A stretch of DNA of 63,737 bases, the filler included, from Octopus bimaculoides (taxonomy: Eukaryota), in NCBI RefSeq assembly GCF_001194135.2. It is 6 parts of 6 records of this genome, joined end to end, with 100 filler letters (N's around TTAATTAATTAA, not from the genome) between each part and the next. Parts side by side here need not be neighbours in the genome. Positions count along the whole stretch, not along the records: positions 37,975 to 54,582 come from NC_068998.1; 5 more parts are not named here. The stretch is one strand, 5' to 3'. Below, in pieces: positions 39,032 to 52,718 of this stretch (position 1 is the stretch's first letter; every line of letters starts with the position of its first letter). The position numbers and the translations under genes are program-made. The notes beneath the pieces are model-generated. The model worked only from the letters and a program-made list of their open reading frames with translations. It was not told the origin of the DNA and did not search any database.

Positions 39032-40095
39032 CTTTTCTTTATTGGCCGCAAGGGCCGATCACAAAAAACAATTAGGGGCAATACAAACAAGGGAGAAGTG
39101 AGATTTAAAAACAAAAAAAAATGCGTAAACAATACAAAACAAAAACAGTTAACAAAAAATTAAGCAATAAAATTTCCCAATAGCAGGGTGTTCCAACCAG
39201 AGAACCCTACACATCCTGGTCACCCCGACTGCCAAGGGCACGCCAGGCAGGTACCCCTCTTCACCTCATCTGCTCCGCAACATTCACTCTCCTTTCAACA
39301 AACTTACTCGCGATAAAGTCCTTCCCTCTCAATTTCCTTTTCAAGTGGAAGTTTAAAAGTCGACGACGGCGCGGCCGAAAAAGAAAGTGTCTGTCTTCAG
39401 TTCTTTCAACCTCGTCCACCACACTACCTCTTTCGCTATAGCCACCAGGTTTGCCCTTCAGGCCAAAAGAAGGCGGCGAGGCGATACTCACAGTGGACTC
39501 GATTTATAACCGGATCCGTTCTACACGTCACAACAGCTATTCGACAAATCCCCACAGGTCAGTGATGCGCAGACACGGTGTCGCTCTTTCCCTCTACCAC
39601 TCATCTATACAACTCCTTGGTAGAACTTCCACCGACCGCGTTACCCAGCTGGCAGAAGACCGTGAGCGCTTTCCAGCACTCTAGGTGCCAAGCGCCCTTC
39701 CTTAGTATGCGCCTGACCCAGGACTGTAGCTCCATCAATGACGAACGGTGACCACACATGCTCACCGTTCAAGGAACGCTGGAGATATCACAGCCTCATC
39801 ACATATCTGCGCATCATTTGCTACAGCATGCCCAGTCTTCTACTCAGCGGTTGTGGACAGCAGATGGACCGTCTAACGAGGGGAACACGTCCCTTCAATA
39901 GAAAGTGGAAAAGCAAGCGCTCCAATTTTATCAGGAACGAAGTGGGGCAAGGGATGATGGTCAGGCAGTAGAAGATGACAGAAGTGATATACACATTCGC
40001 TAACTCCACCAGACCTTTCAGAGACAGCTTCCTCTCTACCCATTTCTGGGCGAGATTGGCTGCCAAGCTCGTCACGCGGCTGTGTGGTCGCTTGA
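39032..40095 (-). mobile_element. Tx1/L1-clade LINE 3' fragment
   Basis: Minus frames give LAQKWVERKLSLKGLVELANVYITSVIFYCLTIIPCP...KLERLLFHFLLKGRVPLVRRSIC...LGM (post-RT region of Tx1/L1) and LLNFHLKRKLR...KFVERRVNVA. The 3' end has AATAAA abutting (ATT)n. Confidence 0.8.
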
Positions 40096-40381
40096 AAATA
40101 TATATATAGCGCAGAGGTGAACTGCTATCATCTCTAACAGAGGACCTGTCCAGTACTGAAGTGTGGCAGAAATAGCCCGAAATTAGGACTGGTCGATTGG
40201 TCCCATCGTTAGATGGTAAGGGTTCGCTCCCCTTTCGCAATTTTATCGGAGTAGATTCCGCTTGAATGTACAGCCATATTAAAGAGACTACGAATATTAC
40301 TTGTCAGTGCAACTACTGCGTAGATCTCTTAGAGCGATTTTAGAACTAGCATTTNNNNNNNNNNNNNNNNNNNNNNNNNNN

Positions 40382-40415
<34 letters not shown>

Positions 40416-40419
<4 letters not shown>

Positions 40420-41734
40420 ATCGCCCCATAAATAATACGGTTTTTTTATATTTCTTTTATCTTAAAAATTAAGATAAACACAGTTTTTTTTTTAATCTAA
40501 AATATATTCTCTTTCATTTTCTACAATGCTCTTCTATTCTATCTACCTCGTAGATTTGCAAATCCCCACTTCCATATTTTCTTTCTTTTGCATGAACTAA
40601 AAGTCGTTGGGGGATGCCATGAAATACCTACATCAGCTTGCTATAAAAGCAGGTTGTAATTTTACTTTTTACTTACTCTTAATGCAAGTTTTGAAGAGTG
40701 CAATTCTTTTTTACAAAGCAATAATGGAAGTGACAAAGGCGCAAATTCGGCATATTTTGCTTTATGAGTTCAATGAAGGCAACAACGCAGCATAAAATGT
40801 GATGAATATTAATGCAGTTTATGGGGATCGGACAATAAGCGTAAGTCAGTGTCAACGGCCGTTCCAGAAATTACGAGTTGGAAACTACAGCCTAGAAGAC
40901 GAGACTCGTCCTGGAAGAGCTGTAGAGCTAGACGAGGACGTCCTGCAAATTATGGTGGAGCAAAATCCCATCGTAACTACTTATGAACTACCAGAGAAAA
41001 TTTGGTAATTCAACCATTCATTGACACCTGCTTGTCATCGGAAAATCAGCAAATTAGGTCAATGGTTTCCACAAAATTGCTGAGTCTAATCGGGCGCTTT
41101 TCTAATGTGTGCTTTTCTTTTGCTGTCACGTCTCATGAATGAACCTTTTTTTCGACCTAATAGTAACTAGTGACGAGAAATGGGTTCTCTATAAAATAGT
41201 CCGGCGCCGAAACAGTGGGTAGGGAAAGGAGAATTTTTTGACCCAAACCAAACAATAATAAATGAGATTTCCTGCAAGGAGCTTGAGTGGATCAAGTCAG
41301 CGCGAGAAGAAAAACGACCATCTTTGTTTTGAAGATGACAAGTTTTCTTCCATCAGGATAATGCTCGCTCACAAACAATGAGGATAACATTCCAAAGGCT
41401 GGAGCAGTTTGACTAGGAAATGGTGTCCCACCCATCATATTCGCGGGACATTACCCTATCTGATTATCATTTATTCCGCAGTCTTCAAAATCATTTGGAT
41501 GACAAAAAAAGATTAATTCTGTAGATGAGGTCAGAATAGTATTGGAGGAATATTCTTCATCACAGATAAGTGAATTGTTGAACACCAGCATTGCAAGTCT
41601 ACCAGATAGATAGAATAGCATGGTAGAGAATAAAGGAGAGAGTATTTTAGATTAAAAAAAACAACTCTGTTTAACTTAATATTGACTAATGAAAGAAGTA
41701 TAAGAAAAACTGCATTACTTATGGGATGGCTGAA
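40416..41734 (+). mobile_element. Full-length defective mariner (DD34D-type) transposon
   Basis: About 30-bp TIRs (taagatcgccccataaataatacggttttt versus ttcagccatcccataagtaatgcagttttt) flanked by TA. The ORF from about 40725 reads MEVTKAQIRHILLYEF...SLEDETRPGR...VTSDEKW...HQDNAR...HPSYSRDITLSDYHLFRSLQNHL, with stops and frameshifts. Confidence 0.92.
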
Positions 41735-41766
41735 TATATACATGCATAGATATATGTACTTATTTG

Positions 41767-41815
<49 letters not shown>

Positions 41816-42399
41816 GCATACACACACACTCATACAAATATATATCTAAATCTATCTATCAATCTATATATACATACATACATGTATACATACATACATA
41901 TCAAATATTGTGCGTGTATGTGTTTGAGATTGTGAAATTATATTTACGTAATTCTTCATGTTTGCAAATAATAGATTGTTACACATTTTATCTCATGACA
42001 AAAACTGAAACAGAACAAAAGCATTTTCTAACCCTCATGTTTTTATCATAATGTGTTTGTTCTAATTTAGTTAATGACTCTTTAACAAAGCTGAGACTAT
42101 AATTACACCTATTACCAACATATTAAACCAGCTAGCAATAATTAAAAATATTCGCTTACCAATAATATCTACCCCCTCGAATTTACAACCAAACGCATGA
42201 CGCCTTTGTACATTTCGAAGTATATGCTTACATGCCAACTTTTTGTTCATTGAAGAAAAGTATCAGAGGAATTGTTCATAGGCACAGGAAGCATAACTGT
42301 ATAGTTGATTTTAATTAATGCCCTTTTACTATGTTAGAACTAGCGTGTTTCATTTTGTATTCAGCTAAATGAACAAAATTATTGAAATATAAGCGTTTC

Positions 42400-42475
42400 A
42401 TGTACTTCTTTCTTTTAATGCTGGCAATAAGCTGTACATTTTTGATATTGTACGAGTTTGCCAACATTTCTAAGG
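42400..42475 (+). CDS. Candidate first coding exon of a type II membrane or secreted protein (MYFFLLMLAISCTFLILYEFANISK+G)
   Basis: Hydrophobic signal-anchor-like stretch. Upstream acceptor gtttcattttgtattcag| (42364) and phase-1 donor AAGG|gtaatc, phase-compatible with the 53886 exon. Confidence 0.45.
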
Positions 42476-42709
42476 GTAATCGAATGTTTGAATGGAAGTT
42501 GGTGTGGTAGTGGGAGTTTGGACTGAATATTATCCACACAAATCGATAAATTTTCTCAATTTTCAAACGTGTATATTAATATATGCTGCGTGAATGCATG
42601 GTATATGATTGTTTCGTTTCTTATATGAGTGTACCGAGTGTATGTGTGTGTATATATCTGTATGTGTGTGGATAGAGAAATGTAGAGAGGGAGTTACAAC
42701 TACAGCAAG

Positions 42710-42740
<31 letters not shown>

Positions 42741-43303
42741 CTGTCAATGAGTGTAAGAAAGGACAGAAAATAAATCAATTTATCATGGTCGCCAATCTTT
42801 TATATAAGATATCACTAGGATACAATGTTTTCACGTGAACATGATAGGAATAAGTGAACAAATAGTCTGTCTGCTTAATTCATCGTTAAAGAATAGAAAT
42901 ACAAATTTTCCCTTATGAATTGGAATATTATGAAGGGTCCAAGAATAGGAAAATTCCATATGGAGAGATATAATCAAATTCCTATATTATTATATATTAT
43001 GTAAGCCTGAACAAGAAACATTTTAGAAATTGGTGACATTGAATATTTTCTGAGTTTCCGATCAATTCATATATACAGCAACAGCAGGCTTCATAAATAG
43101 TGTTCTCTGAAGGTTTTTGGCGTTAGTTAGCCCATATAGCGATATAACACTAGATTAATAATTTAAATTCATTTGCTAGCATTGTTATTGTTTGTTCGTG
43201 TTCATGCCCATGTCATGAAAATTCAGGTAGACTGTTATGAAACATTTTCCATTGTTAACAACTTTCCTTTATTTTTCAGGCATAATGATAATGTCCTTAA
43301 GTC

Positions 43304-43518
43304 GGCGAGCTGGCAGAAACGTTAGCACACCGGGCGAAATGCTTAGCGCTATTTCGTCTGTCTTTACGTTTTGAGTTCAAATTCCGTAGAGGTTGACTTT
43401 GCCTTTCATCCTTTCGGGGTCGATAAATTAAGTACTAGTTGCATACAGGGATCGATCTAATCGACTGGCCCTTTCCCCCTAAATTTCAGACCCTGTGCCT
43501 ATAGTAGAAAGGATTATG
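43304..43518 (+). mobile_element. Full-length SINE family B (tail type 2) with 8-bp TSD
   Basis: A-box-like tggcagaaacgttagc, B-box-like gagttcaaattcc, core ggggtcgataaattaagtac, tail gactggccctttccccctaaatttcagaccctgtgcctatagtagaaagg. cttaagtc occurs at 43296-43303 and 43519-43526. Confidence 0.88.
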
Positions 43519-44818
43519 CTTAAGTCCCTGTTTGTGTAAAAAATATTGATGTAATTTTGAAGATACTTTCATACTATTACATGCTGGTGGAGCAAATATG
43601 GATTAAGAGCAATTTGGTCAAAAGCATGCAAGGTATAATGCTATTCTACCTTCCGTCAGTGTATTTTGCCATAAGCTGTACAATGTCTTAAGTTTTATTA
43701 TTTTATTTTTTCAAGATGGGAGAGGGTTAGTGGAGCGTGATCTGAAGAAACGCAGCTATATTTAGGGCGTAGGAAGAATCATTTGAAAGCTCTTAAATAT
43801 GTGGAATGTGTTAACGAAATTGCGTATAATTCTGCGCAGGAGTCATATAAATTTTCTCTGCATGGTTAGTAGTTTCAAAAATATTTAATGATGAGGTTTA
43901 TACATGCACTGAGATTGTTCTTAGAGATTGACATTTGTTCTTGTCGTCGTCGTAGAATAGCCCCATTTTGTGTACAACATACACTTCATTGTATATATAT
44001 CAACACCTGAGTTTTATAAGAGAAGAACAAAAATCATACTAAATAAGATAGAAACAAAGTATCAATCTAGGTTGATAGTACTCTTCTTTTTGTGACAGGT
44101 TACTATGTTTTGATAAGGTATTATTTCCTCTATCAGAGGACGAATAGATCATTCTGTGCGAAGGAAGTGAAAATGAAATTCCTGCAAGCCAAAGAAGAAG
44201 GCGGTGCATGTTTGCTGAGTCTAATCGAAATAGCAAGTGATTACCCTCTAATGTTGAAACAGCGACCTGTTAACCTCCAAAATTATACTTTAATATTTTA
44301 CAAAAGAAAAATATTACGCTGTGTATCTCTACAGACAACTTAAGTTTAGAAGCACATACTGTAAGATTTTTTGAAGCCTATCTGCATGATCAGGTAGAAC
44401 TTGGCTTTAAACGGCTGCACAAACGATTAAAGCAGCAGCAAAATACAAGTTAATTATTTAATTTTATCACACTACACAGCATTAGTAGTAAACGTAGTAT
44501 AATTTCTAATTAAACTCGTGCAACTTCCCAGCAGATTTTATCGTCTTCATCTATAAGTTATTAGCTGTTTGCAGGATCTATAGATTGATGTTTGGAAGAA
44601 TCCGTAGGCTGATGTTTAGAAGATCATATCATGAAAATAAATTTATAATGTTTGGAACATCTTACATTAGCAGGATCTAGATCTAAACGATTTTCAACCA
44701 TTGCATCAGCAAGGTTAGTAGACTGCTGTTTAGAATATATTATAGAATATATTACAGGATTCGTAAAGCAGAATATGTATATTACGGTAGAAGGATCATA
44801 ATGCTATGTTTGTAATAA

Positions 44819-44854
<36 letters not shown>

Positions 44855-44861
44855 TTTTATT

Positions 44862-45328
44862 CTGTTACTTATTTGTCATTTGACTTGCTTCAGTTATCTG
44901 AGCGCAGCTATGCTAAAGCACTGCTTTGATGTGTTTAGTCAAACAAATTGACCCTAGGACTTATTCTATCGTTCTTCCACGCCGAACCGCTTAGTTACCG
45001 GGACGTCAACACACCGACACCGGTTGTCAAGCGTTGATGATGGACAAACGCAGACACAAAGGCACACTCGCTTATACATACACACAAACACACACACAGA
45101 CACACACACACGCACACCCATATATAAATATATATATNNNNNNNNNNNNNNNNNNNTATATATATGTATATATATATATATACAACGGGTTTCTTTCAGT
45201 TTCCATCTACCAAATCCATTCACAAGGATTTAATCGGCCCGAGGCTATAGTAGAAAACACTCGCCCAAATTGCCACGCAGTGGGATTAAACCCGAAACTA
45301 TGTAGTTGGGAAGCAAGCCTCTTACTAC
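44862..45328 (-). mobile_element. Near full-length SINE family A
   Basis: Reverse complement of the 3797-4137 body plus the head, with an internal (CA)/(TA) tract. Confidence 0.82.
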
Positions 45329-45334
45329 ATCGCG

Positions 45335-45892
45335 TTGTCTTTCTTTTGATTTCTCTGGGGTATTGCCCATGCCGGGATTTCATTTTACAATTGTTTACGC
45401 TTTCTTATTCATCAAGTTTCTTAAGTGTTCGTGGGTGCATCACATTTTCGATAGGTATTGCATTGTTAATTCTAACAGCGACAAGCAATGTTTCACTCTG
45501 CTGTTTGATGTAACAACACTGATCTTACATCCTATGAAGCCCCTTCCTATCCTGTTCTTTGGAACATGGAGCCTGTCGTATCGCTTTTGGGGTGTTGTTC
45601 CTTGTTAATTGTCATCACTTTTCTGGTTTTTCTGTCCATTTCCTGAAGTTCGTTCTTTGTTCACCTAACAACACATGCGCCACAGCGCCATCAGTTCATT
45701 ACTCTGATCTTGTTTTTATATTCGATACCTGTCATTATGTATCATATATTTCCCATCATTAATTTGGTTCTTCTGAGATATTCTCGCCTAAAGTTACCCT
45801 TCATTCTGTTTTCCTTGACTTTGTAATATTCCCAAATCACCAGATACTTATATCCATTAGTCTCAATATCCTTGATTTACTCGCCGTTGTGT
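45335..45892 (-). mobile_element. R4/Dong-like LINE RT-end fragment abutting (TAA)n
   Basis: The minus strand gives NGYKYLVIWEY...EYLRRTKLMM...ELQEMDRKTRKVMTINKEQHPKSD..RLHVPKNRIGRGFIGC, and its 5' junction is in the TTA array at 45895-45966. Confidence 0.8.
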
Positions 45893-45893
45893 A

Positions 45894-45968
<75 letters not shown>

Positions 45969-48900
45969 GATATATGTTGTAGAATATTAGTGCTATCTGG
46001 ATGTTCATGGAGAAAAAAATTCTTTTAAAAAGAGCTGTAGAAACTATTAGGAGGAAGTTGTATAATTGCAAGATGTGTATTTAGATGACTGCAAACTCTT
46101 ACACGATCAGAATTTAGGATATCGAATTCTGAACATAATATATTAGTTAAGACTTCATCTCAAAATGTTATATTGCCATATATTAACAATATCTGGACGT
46201 TAATGTTCGGAACACTTTAGTGAGATATAGATATTGAGGTATGGAACTTGTTATATTAACAGGCTTCTAGGTTAATGTTTGAAACATATAAACATGAACT
46301 GTATGCCGATATTTGTGAAAAAACAACTCGTATTAGCAGAATCACGAGACAGAAATGTGAACAAGGTATAAAAGCAAGATGGGTGGTATCAGAATTAGAA
46401 TATCTTACCTTTATACTTCTGAATGTAACAAGGCTCGAAAACGAACGAATTCGATAAATATAAAGGAAATAAATCTCGTGTTACTTCGGTGAAACCAGCT
46501 GCGCAAGCACACATGGTGAAACAGAAACACGTGCCAACACACATACAAATACATACACATACACACGCATGCATCCGCACATATATAGAAGGAGAGGGAA
46601 ACGGGAGTGAATGAGATTGAACAAGAGAAATAATGAGATGGAGAGAACTACATATATAATGGGGTAGAATATTGAAAGAGGAAGAGAATACTTGATACCT
46701 GTCATTATGTATCATATATAAATATTTATTTTGTATGCAATGATTGTTTTCTGGCGGCAAGATGTTCAAATAACGAAGCTAGGGATATTTAAATCCTAAC
46801 ACATTTACGCCTACACGCAGTCTCATTCTCACAAACACACGCACAATATCTATGTATGTGTGTTTGTTTGTTTGTTTGTGTATCTATAAAGATATAGAGA
46901 AAGAAAACGGTGCAAAGCTGCACACAGGAAGAGACAGGGAAAGTGGTGCAAACGTTATATGATTCAAAAATATGTTTCTCACATATTTAGCTGTACACTT
47001 CAATATATCTCATCGCTATTTTGTTTCTGTATTTTTGATTGTGTGTGTGTGTGTGTATTTGCGTTTGTGTGTGTGTGTATGTGTGCGTTGATATGTAAGA
47101 CTGCATATCTTCTTATGTACATGTAACCTATTCTAATATTTTGTATTTATTGATCTACGTGTGTGATAAGGTTAGCATCAACTCAGTAGTTTCCAGGGTG
47201 ATAAATAGATAAATCTATTACTCTGTAAGTGCTGGTGTAGAATCAATTCTGTCACTTCTGAAGATGAGATTTATATCTGTTGACGAGTTGATATTGTTGA
47301 CATTGATATGTTGCTAATGCCTCTCTCTTTAACTCTTTTCCTCACTCTCACACTCTCTCATACTATGTGATTTACTTTATAATGATACCTCATGAATACA
47401 GATGTCTTGGTAACAAGTTAATTTAATTATTGAAAGAAACAATACGGCAAATTAATATAGTATAGGTTTCTTTGCCTATCCTCGTGTGCATATGTAAAAT
47501 AGCTGTTGTATATTATGGTATCCTGTTTAATTCTTAAAATAACTTCTGAATCTATCATGCGAAATGCATAATAATAAAATCCCAAATTAACTTATAAATC
47601 TCTTTTTGTCATCGATATTTAGTGCGGGATAAGTGGTGATTCAGTAAGCACATTGTCTGGGAGCTAAGCCGTTTTAGGAGGATATTATCCAACGCTACAC
47701 AGAGCTCTTTACATCCAGTAGAAGGTGCTTGTGTAATATATGGTTGCATTTTGTAGCTGATTGAACAAACACATATAAGCACTGAAAAAGAATAAGTAAC
47801 ATTACAGATACACTTCATAAATAGCATATTTGTTGTGTAAATACGTTTTAAAAAACCGAAAATTTACACAGTTATTACTGACACTATATGATTGCACATA
47901 TATGTATATGTTTCTTGTATATATTGGAAGGGGGAGAATTATTATTTGCCTCTAAGGCAGCAATATTTACTGAAGTCTTTTATTTAAATCATATTAACTG
48001 AGTTTTCAATATAAAACATTTGCAATTGTAGACAACGGAAAGTATATGATGTGTGAAAATGTAGAAACAAAATTTAAAGCGCAATAGGAAGGTATGTGCA
48101 TCACATAACAGTAATCATATAATACACCCATTTAAAATGTATGAATGTATGCGACATTGTTTCTTGCGTAAATTGCAATAAAATCTGTTGCAAATCACAA
48201 TGTTCCACGCTAAAGAAAAAAAAAGGAGACGTTTGGGTGAAGCAGTTGGATACATTAACTAGGGGAAACAGAAACAATATGAAATTTTCTTGTCAAAGTT
48301 GGAATGGATATGATCATATGTCCGCTTACTTAGAGTTTATAAAACAGCACTACATACATTACTAAATATATAAAGTAATGCTTCATAGATATGATGAATT
48401 AAAACTTTGCAATAATAATTGCTTGTAAAACATTTTAATAACAAAATATTCATAGCATTTCATAAAACACCTTCAAACGTACACAAAATCGTCAGTACTG
48501 AGGACCAAAGTCAATCTGGGTTAATCCTTGTTAATAGAATGTAAACGGATTGATTTTCAAAACGTGCCGAGCATGTGTTTTGTACGTAGATGTTTGAATG
48601 GAGACACATGTGCGTGTCTGACTGCAATATATAAATTAAGAATTAATTGATTCGTTATTCTATCGACTACATATTCTCATCACCAAAGTTATTCATTGAT
48701 ACTAAAAACATGTATATGGTCATACATCTGTATGTACAGACATACATATTTGTGTGTGTCTGTCTGTTAGTCTCTGTTTCCGCGATTGTGTATATCTGTG
48801 TACCGAGAAGAAATTCTACGTAACCTTTTCTTAAGATCGTATAACATATGGCATATCTCTGATATGCATTCCTAAGTCATTTATTTCTTTTCTGTTTTTT

Positions 48901-51152
48901 CTCTTAATATAGTATTATTTTATAGAATTATTTATCTTACAGTTGAAAACACCATTTTCATTTTAGATATAGAGCAATCTTAGCATCGCACTATCATTTA
49001 AGCGATATTGTGCGAAAGCTTAAAGTGCTATCATTAATCAGAAATATGTCAGACGGAGCCTGCAAATGATACTGTATTTATTAGAGACAAATATACATTT
49101 CGTTTCATTCTGAATGTTGCTGGTAGATACAACAAAACTTTGTTATCTCTTTTACCTGATGAACTCACTGGCAGAAATTCACAGACACACACACTCACAC
49201 ACACACGTACACACACATCGAGCATGCGCACAATGTCTAATACAAAATTCATGTTTAGTTGTCCAAAATATATGAAAATGTATGCTTCTATCAAGAAGTG
49301 TTTTTGAATATAATATCTTTTCTCGTCGGAATTTTCTTCAAGAGCACAATTTGCACGTTGTGCTATTGGCAATTAAATGCTACTATCCTAGTCTATCCCA
49401 ATAAATAAAGCATAAGTAGAGAGTAATTGGATGTGGTCGATTATATGTTATTTCTTTTTTGTGATACGAGTGCAATTCACCAAGTGGTAGTGATTGAAAA
49501 TGATAGCGTTGATAGAATTGATAAATATGATGAACAACATCGAAAGCATGTAGGCTGTAAATAGAAGTAACCAAGCTTGTAATATCGATCAGAAAGTTAG
49601 GTATTTCTAAAAGAAGACACTTCGCTAATGATAAGGTCTTCACTACGTCTTTGTGGGCAAGATAGTTGTTATTTATTTTAAAAGAACTATGAAATACAAA
49701 GTAGACACATATTTAGTAACAACAACCGTATAGTTAGTAAGTTATCTTCCTGTGTTTAGTGTAACACATCATACTACAGATAAATACATTTCTGTCTGGT
49801 ATAGTATGTCCATACATTCTGAGACATTATATATTTGATGCGAATATATGAAAGTGTATATGTATGTATGTATATATGTATGTATGTGTGTAGGTATGCA
49901 TGCATGTAGGTAGGTAGATAGGTAGGTAGGTAGGTAGGTAGGTGGGCAGGTAGATAGGTAGGTAGATATCAAAACAAAGAAGTATTATAAATATGTACAG
50001 CGTAAATTGTTTACGAAATAAAATTATTTCATTTTGAGAGTAATGAAAGAAAACCTAGAGATTATGGTATCAACTCCGAATGCGAAAGGAAATTAATCTA
50101 TAGGCTTTAAGAGACCTCATTAGTTAACATGCAATCTAGAAAATATACGGTCCATTATTTTGTTCTAAAAGAAAAAAAATAATAATAACTCCGACCATTT
50201 GTGTATACTTCAATAGGCACATTTAGCGTGTCAATGCACTTTGACTCCATGCATACATATGATTTACATTTAAACGAATAATGTAGAAAAACATATGACC
50301 ATGTTAAAAATTACACAAGGAAAACAACTCAAAGTAGCCAGTATCTATAGTATAATCGAGAAAGTTAGTTATTAATTAGGTATGTAACAATTACTAAAAG
50401 TACTAAAAGAAAATAATTATTAAAGGGCTGGAAATATTTTTATAAGAAATATGCTCTAAGAAATTTCCTATAATTTCGATTTCTCATGTTTATTGAATTT
50501 TTTCACGCAAATTTAAATATTCATTGCATTCATGCGGAGTATTCCATTTTCATTTTCAAATTCTCTCACTTTCGCTTTTAAATTTTCATTCGCTATTTGG
50601 AAAAACCAACAGTTTATTCTATTAATGTATACGTAATGTAAAATCATTAATTATTGAATGGAATATTTTAAAAATACCCGTATAAGTTTTGAACACGGAA
50701 TAGCTTTTAGAAGAACATTAAAAGTTAGGTAATTACTATTAGAAGACGAGGAGAAAAAAATGTTACCGACAAGTACTCGAAACTTGCACCTTTGCAGTTT
50801 GCAAATACTCTGTAATGCTAAGCCAATATATACACAAAAAAGTTGCACTAGCGACTTCAACAGTGACACACACACACACACCGATACACAAACACCGATA
50901 CACAAACACACATATGAAAGGCAACGAATGTGCGTGCATATGCGTGTGCGTGCGTGTGCGTGTATATGCATGTGCGTATGCGTGCATGTGCGTGTGCGTG
51001 CGTGCGTTTGTGTGGGTGTATGTGTATGTGCTGTTCACTGATAAAACTTCGTGCTGCATCACTTTTGTGAAGTTTTGTCAGTGAACAAGTTGCGGTTTCA
51101 AAACGACGAAAATATTTTGACGCAAATGAAATTTTAAGGTTGAAGTGAAATT

Positions 51153-51362
51153 GGTACTACTTAAATACAAATGTTTCTTGGCGGTACTACTTAAATACAG
51201 GTTTTACCTACGAAACATTTTAAATGTACGCTGCGTGGAGGTGTAATGACACCTCAACCCTAAAACTAACCCTACTATTAACCCTAAAAACTAACCCTTA
51301 AACTAACCCACCCCTTCATATCGTTGCGTAGATGCCTCACTACCTCTGTATTTAAGTAGTGC
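51153..51362. mobile_element. Second Merlin-like MITE with degenerate telomere-type repeats
   Basis: Left end ggtactacttaaataca (repeated at 51183), right end ctgtatttaagtagtgc. TSD agtgaaatt (51144-51152) versus agtgaaact (51363-51371). AACCCT units recur about every 12 nt at 51256-51309. Confidence 0.7.
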
Positions 51363-52377
51363 AGTGAAACTAACGCTTTTGTGTGTTCTTGAATGGCTTA
51401 CAATCATATTTTACTCTGTAACTGTTTTTGTTTCAGCACACGATTTCAGATCATGTCACATGCTATGCAAGTACATCGCCGTAATTTTTGTTTAATCATT
51501 GTGGATATATATTTGATGCGAATGTATGAAACTTCTCAGGATCTTCAATATTTTAATTTCGTAATATTTTAATAGCATATAAATGTATTTATGGAGGAAA
51601 ATATTAAAAAAAACATCAATACATGCGAGAATGATAATGAAACGAAGAGGGTTGTGTTTGCATGTGTTAGGAGCAAGAGCCAAATCGCCCTTAAATCACT
51701 CACTTTTCTCTCTGAAAATATTAACATTTTTATTTTTATTTTTTACTGAAAATGCTCTTCTCACAATTTTGAAGTGCAAAACGAAACTGTCCAAAATAGG
51801 TCCGGAGTGGGATGATGAAGGAGGGGTGTAAAAAATGAGTTTTTAAAACTTTCTTCATACAAAGATGCCCCCACCAACAACCCCACATTTCGAAGGCTGT
51901 AAATTTTTAAAAAATGGGGAAAATCCCTCAAAAGATTTTCTCCCACGACTTTCTTTATAATCGAAATCTATGCCATTTGAAAGGAATATCTATAAATTCT
52001 CATTAAAAGATATCTACCTTCCTGAAAGTTACGAAGGAAAAATTCAGATCTTGTGAATTTTCCAGAACTCATCTCTCCATCACCTCGGAAAAATTATTTC
52101 CTATAAATCTCTATATAGTCTGAATCCACAACATCTAAACGGTATTTGTAGAAAGTTTTGTTAAAAAGTATCCAATTTTCTGGATGTTATGAGGCAACAA
52201 AGTTGGGAGTGTATACATCTGTAGTAATGCCCTTTTATCTATAGGATTTTTCATTTTATGTTTATTTCATACATTGTTTGCAATGTTCTCTCCCCCCCTC
52301 TCTCTCTCAGACACACACACACGCACACACACGCGCACGCAAACACACATACACACACACACAAACACACACACATA

Positions 52378-52399
<22 letters not shown>

Positions 52400-52424
<25 letters not shown>

Positions 52425-52718
52425 AATCTTACAGGTGGGCTGCTGAATTGAAATCTCAGTGTTGCTTTGAGGGGAAAGTAAAACTTGACAAACTGTGTCT
52501 CCCTCTGTTGTTTGACTACAGCGAGGTTTGTTTCAAAAAAGAGATTATGTCTGTGATGAAATAATGAAAGCAATATTTACTAATCAAGTGAGCACCATTA
52601 TACAAAGAATAATTATACGTAAAACATAAAAATTATTGGAATTTGGAATCAAATGTGAAAATGTCAAGTGACAATCAGAAAACCGCCCAGAGGGCGGTCT
52701 TTCTCCTGCTTATACTAA
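52400..52718 (+). mobile_element. Probable non-autonomous Helitron 3' end
   Basis: GC-rich hairpin accgccc-aga-gggcggt (52682-52698), then CTAA (CTRR) at 52715-52718 and T. The 5' end was not located. A second Helitron-like start (a|tcttatataataaaa) lies at about 52782. Confidence 0.4.

Noticed and set aside
43280-43400. Strong acceptor (ttcctttatttttcag|) suggesting an exon or SINE exonisation in the candidate gene
   Set aside because: The frame runs into the SINE and stops, and no suitable donor was found.
44092-44343. 83-aa ORF and an acidic/Arg-rich alternative frame resembling a piggyBac N-terminus
   Set aside because: Too short and degenerate, with no TIR or catalytic motif found.
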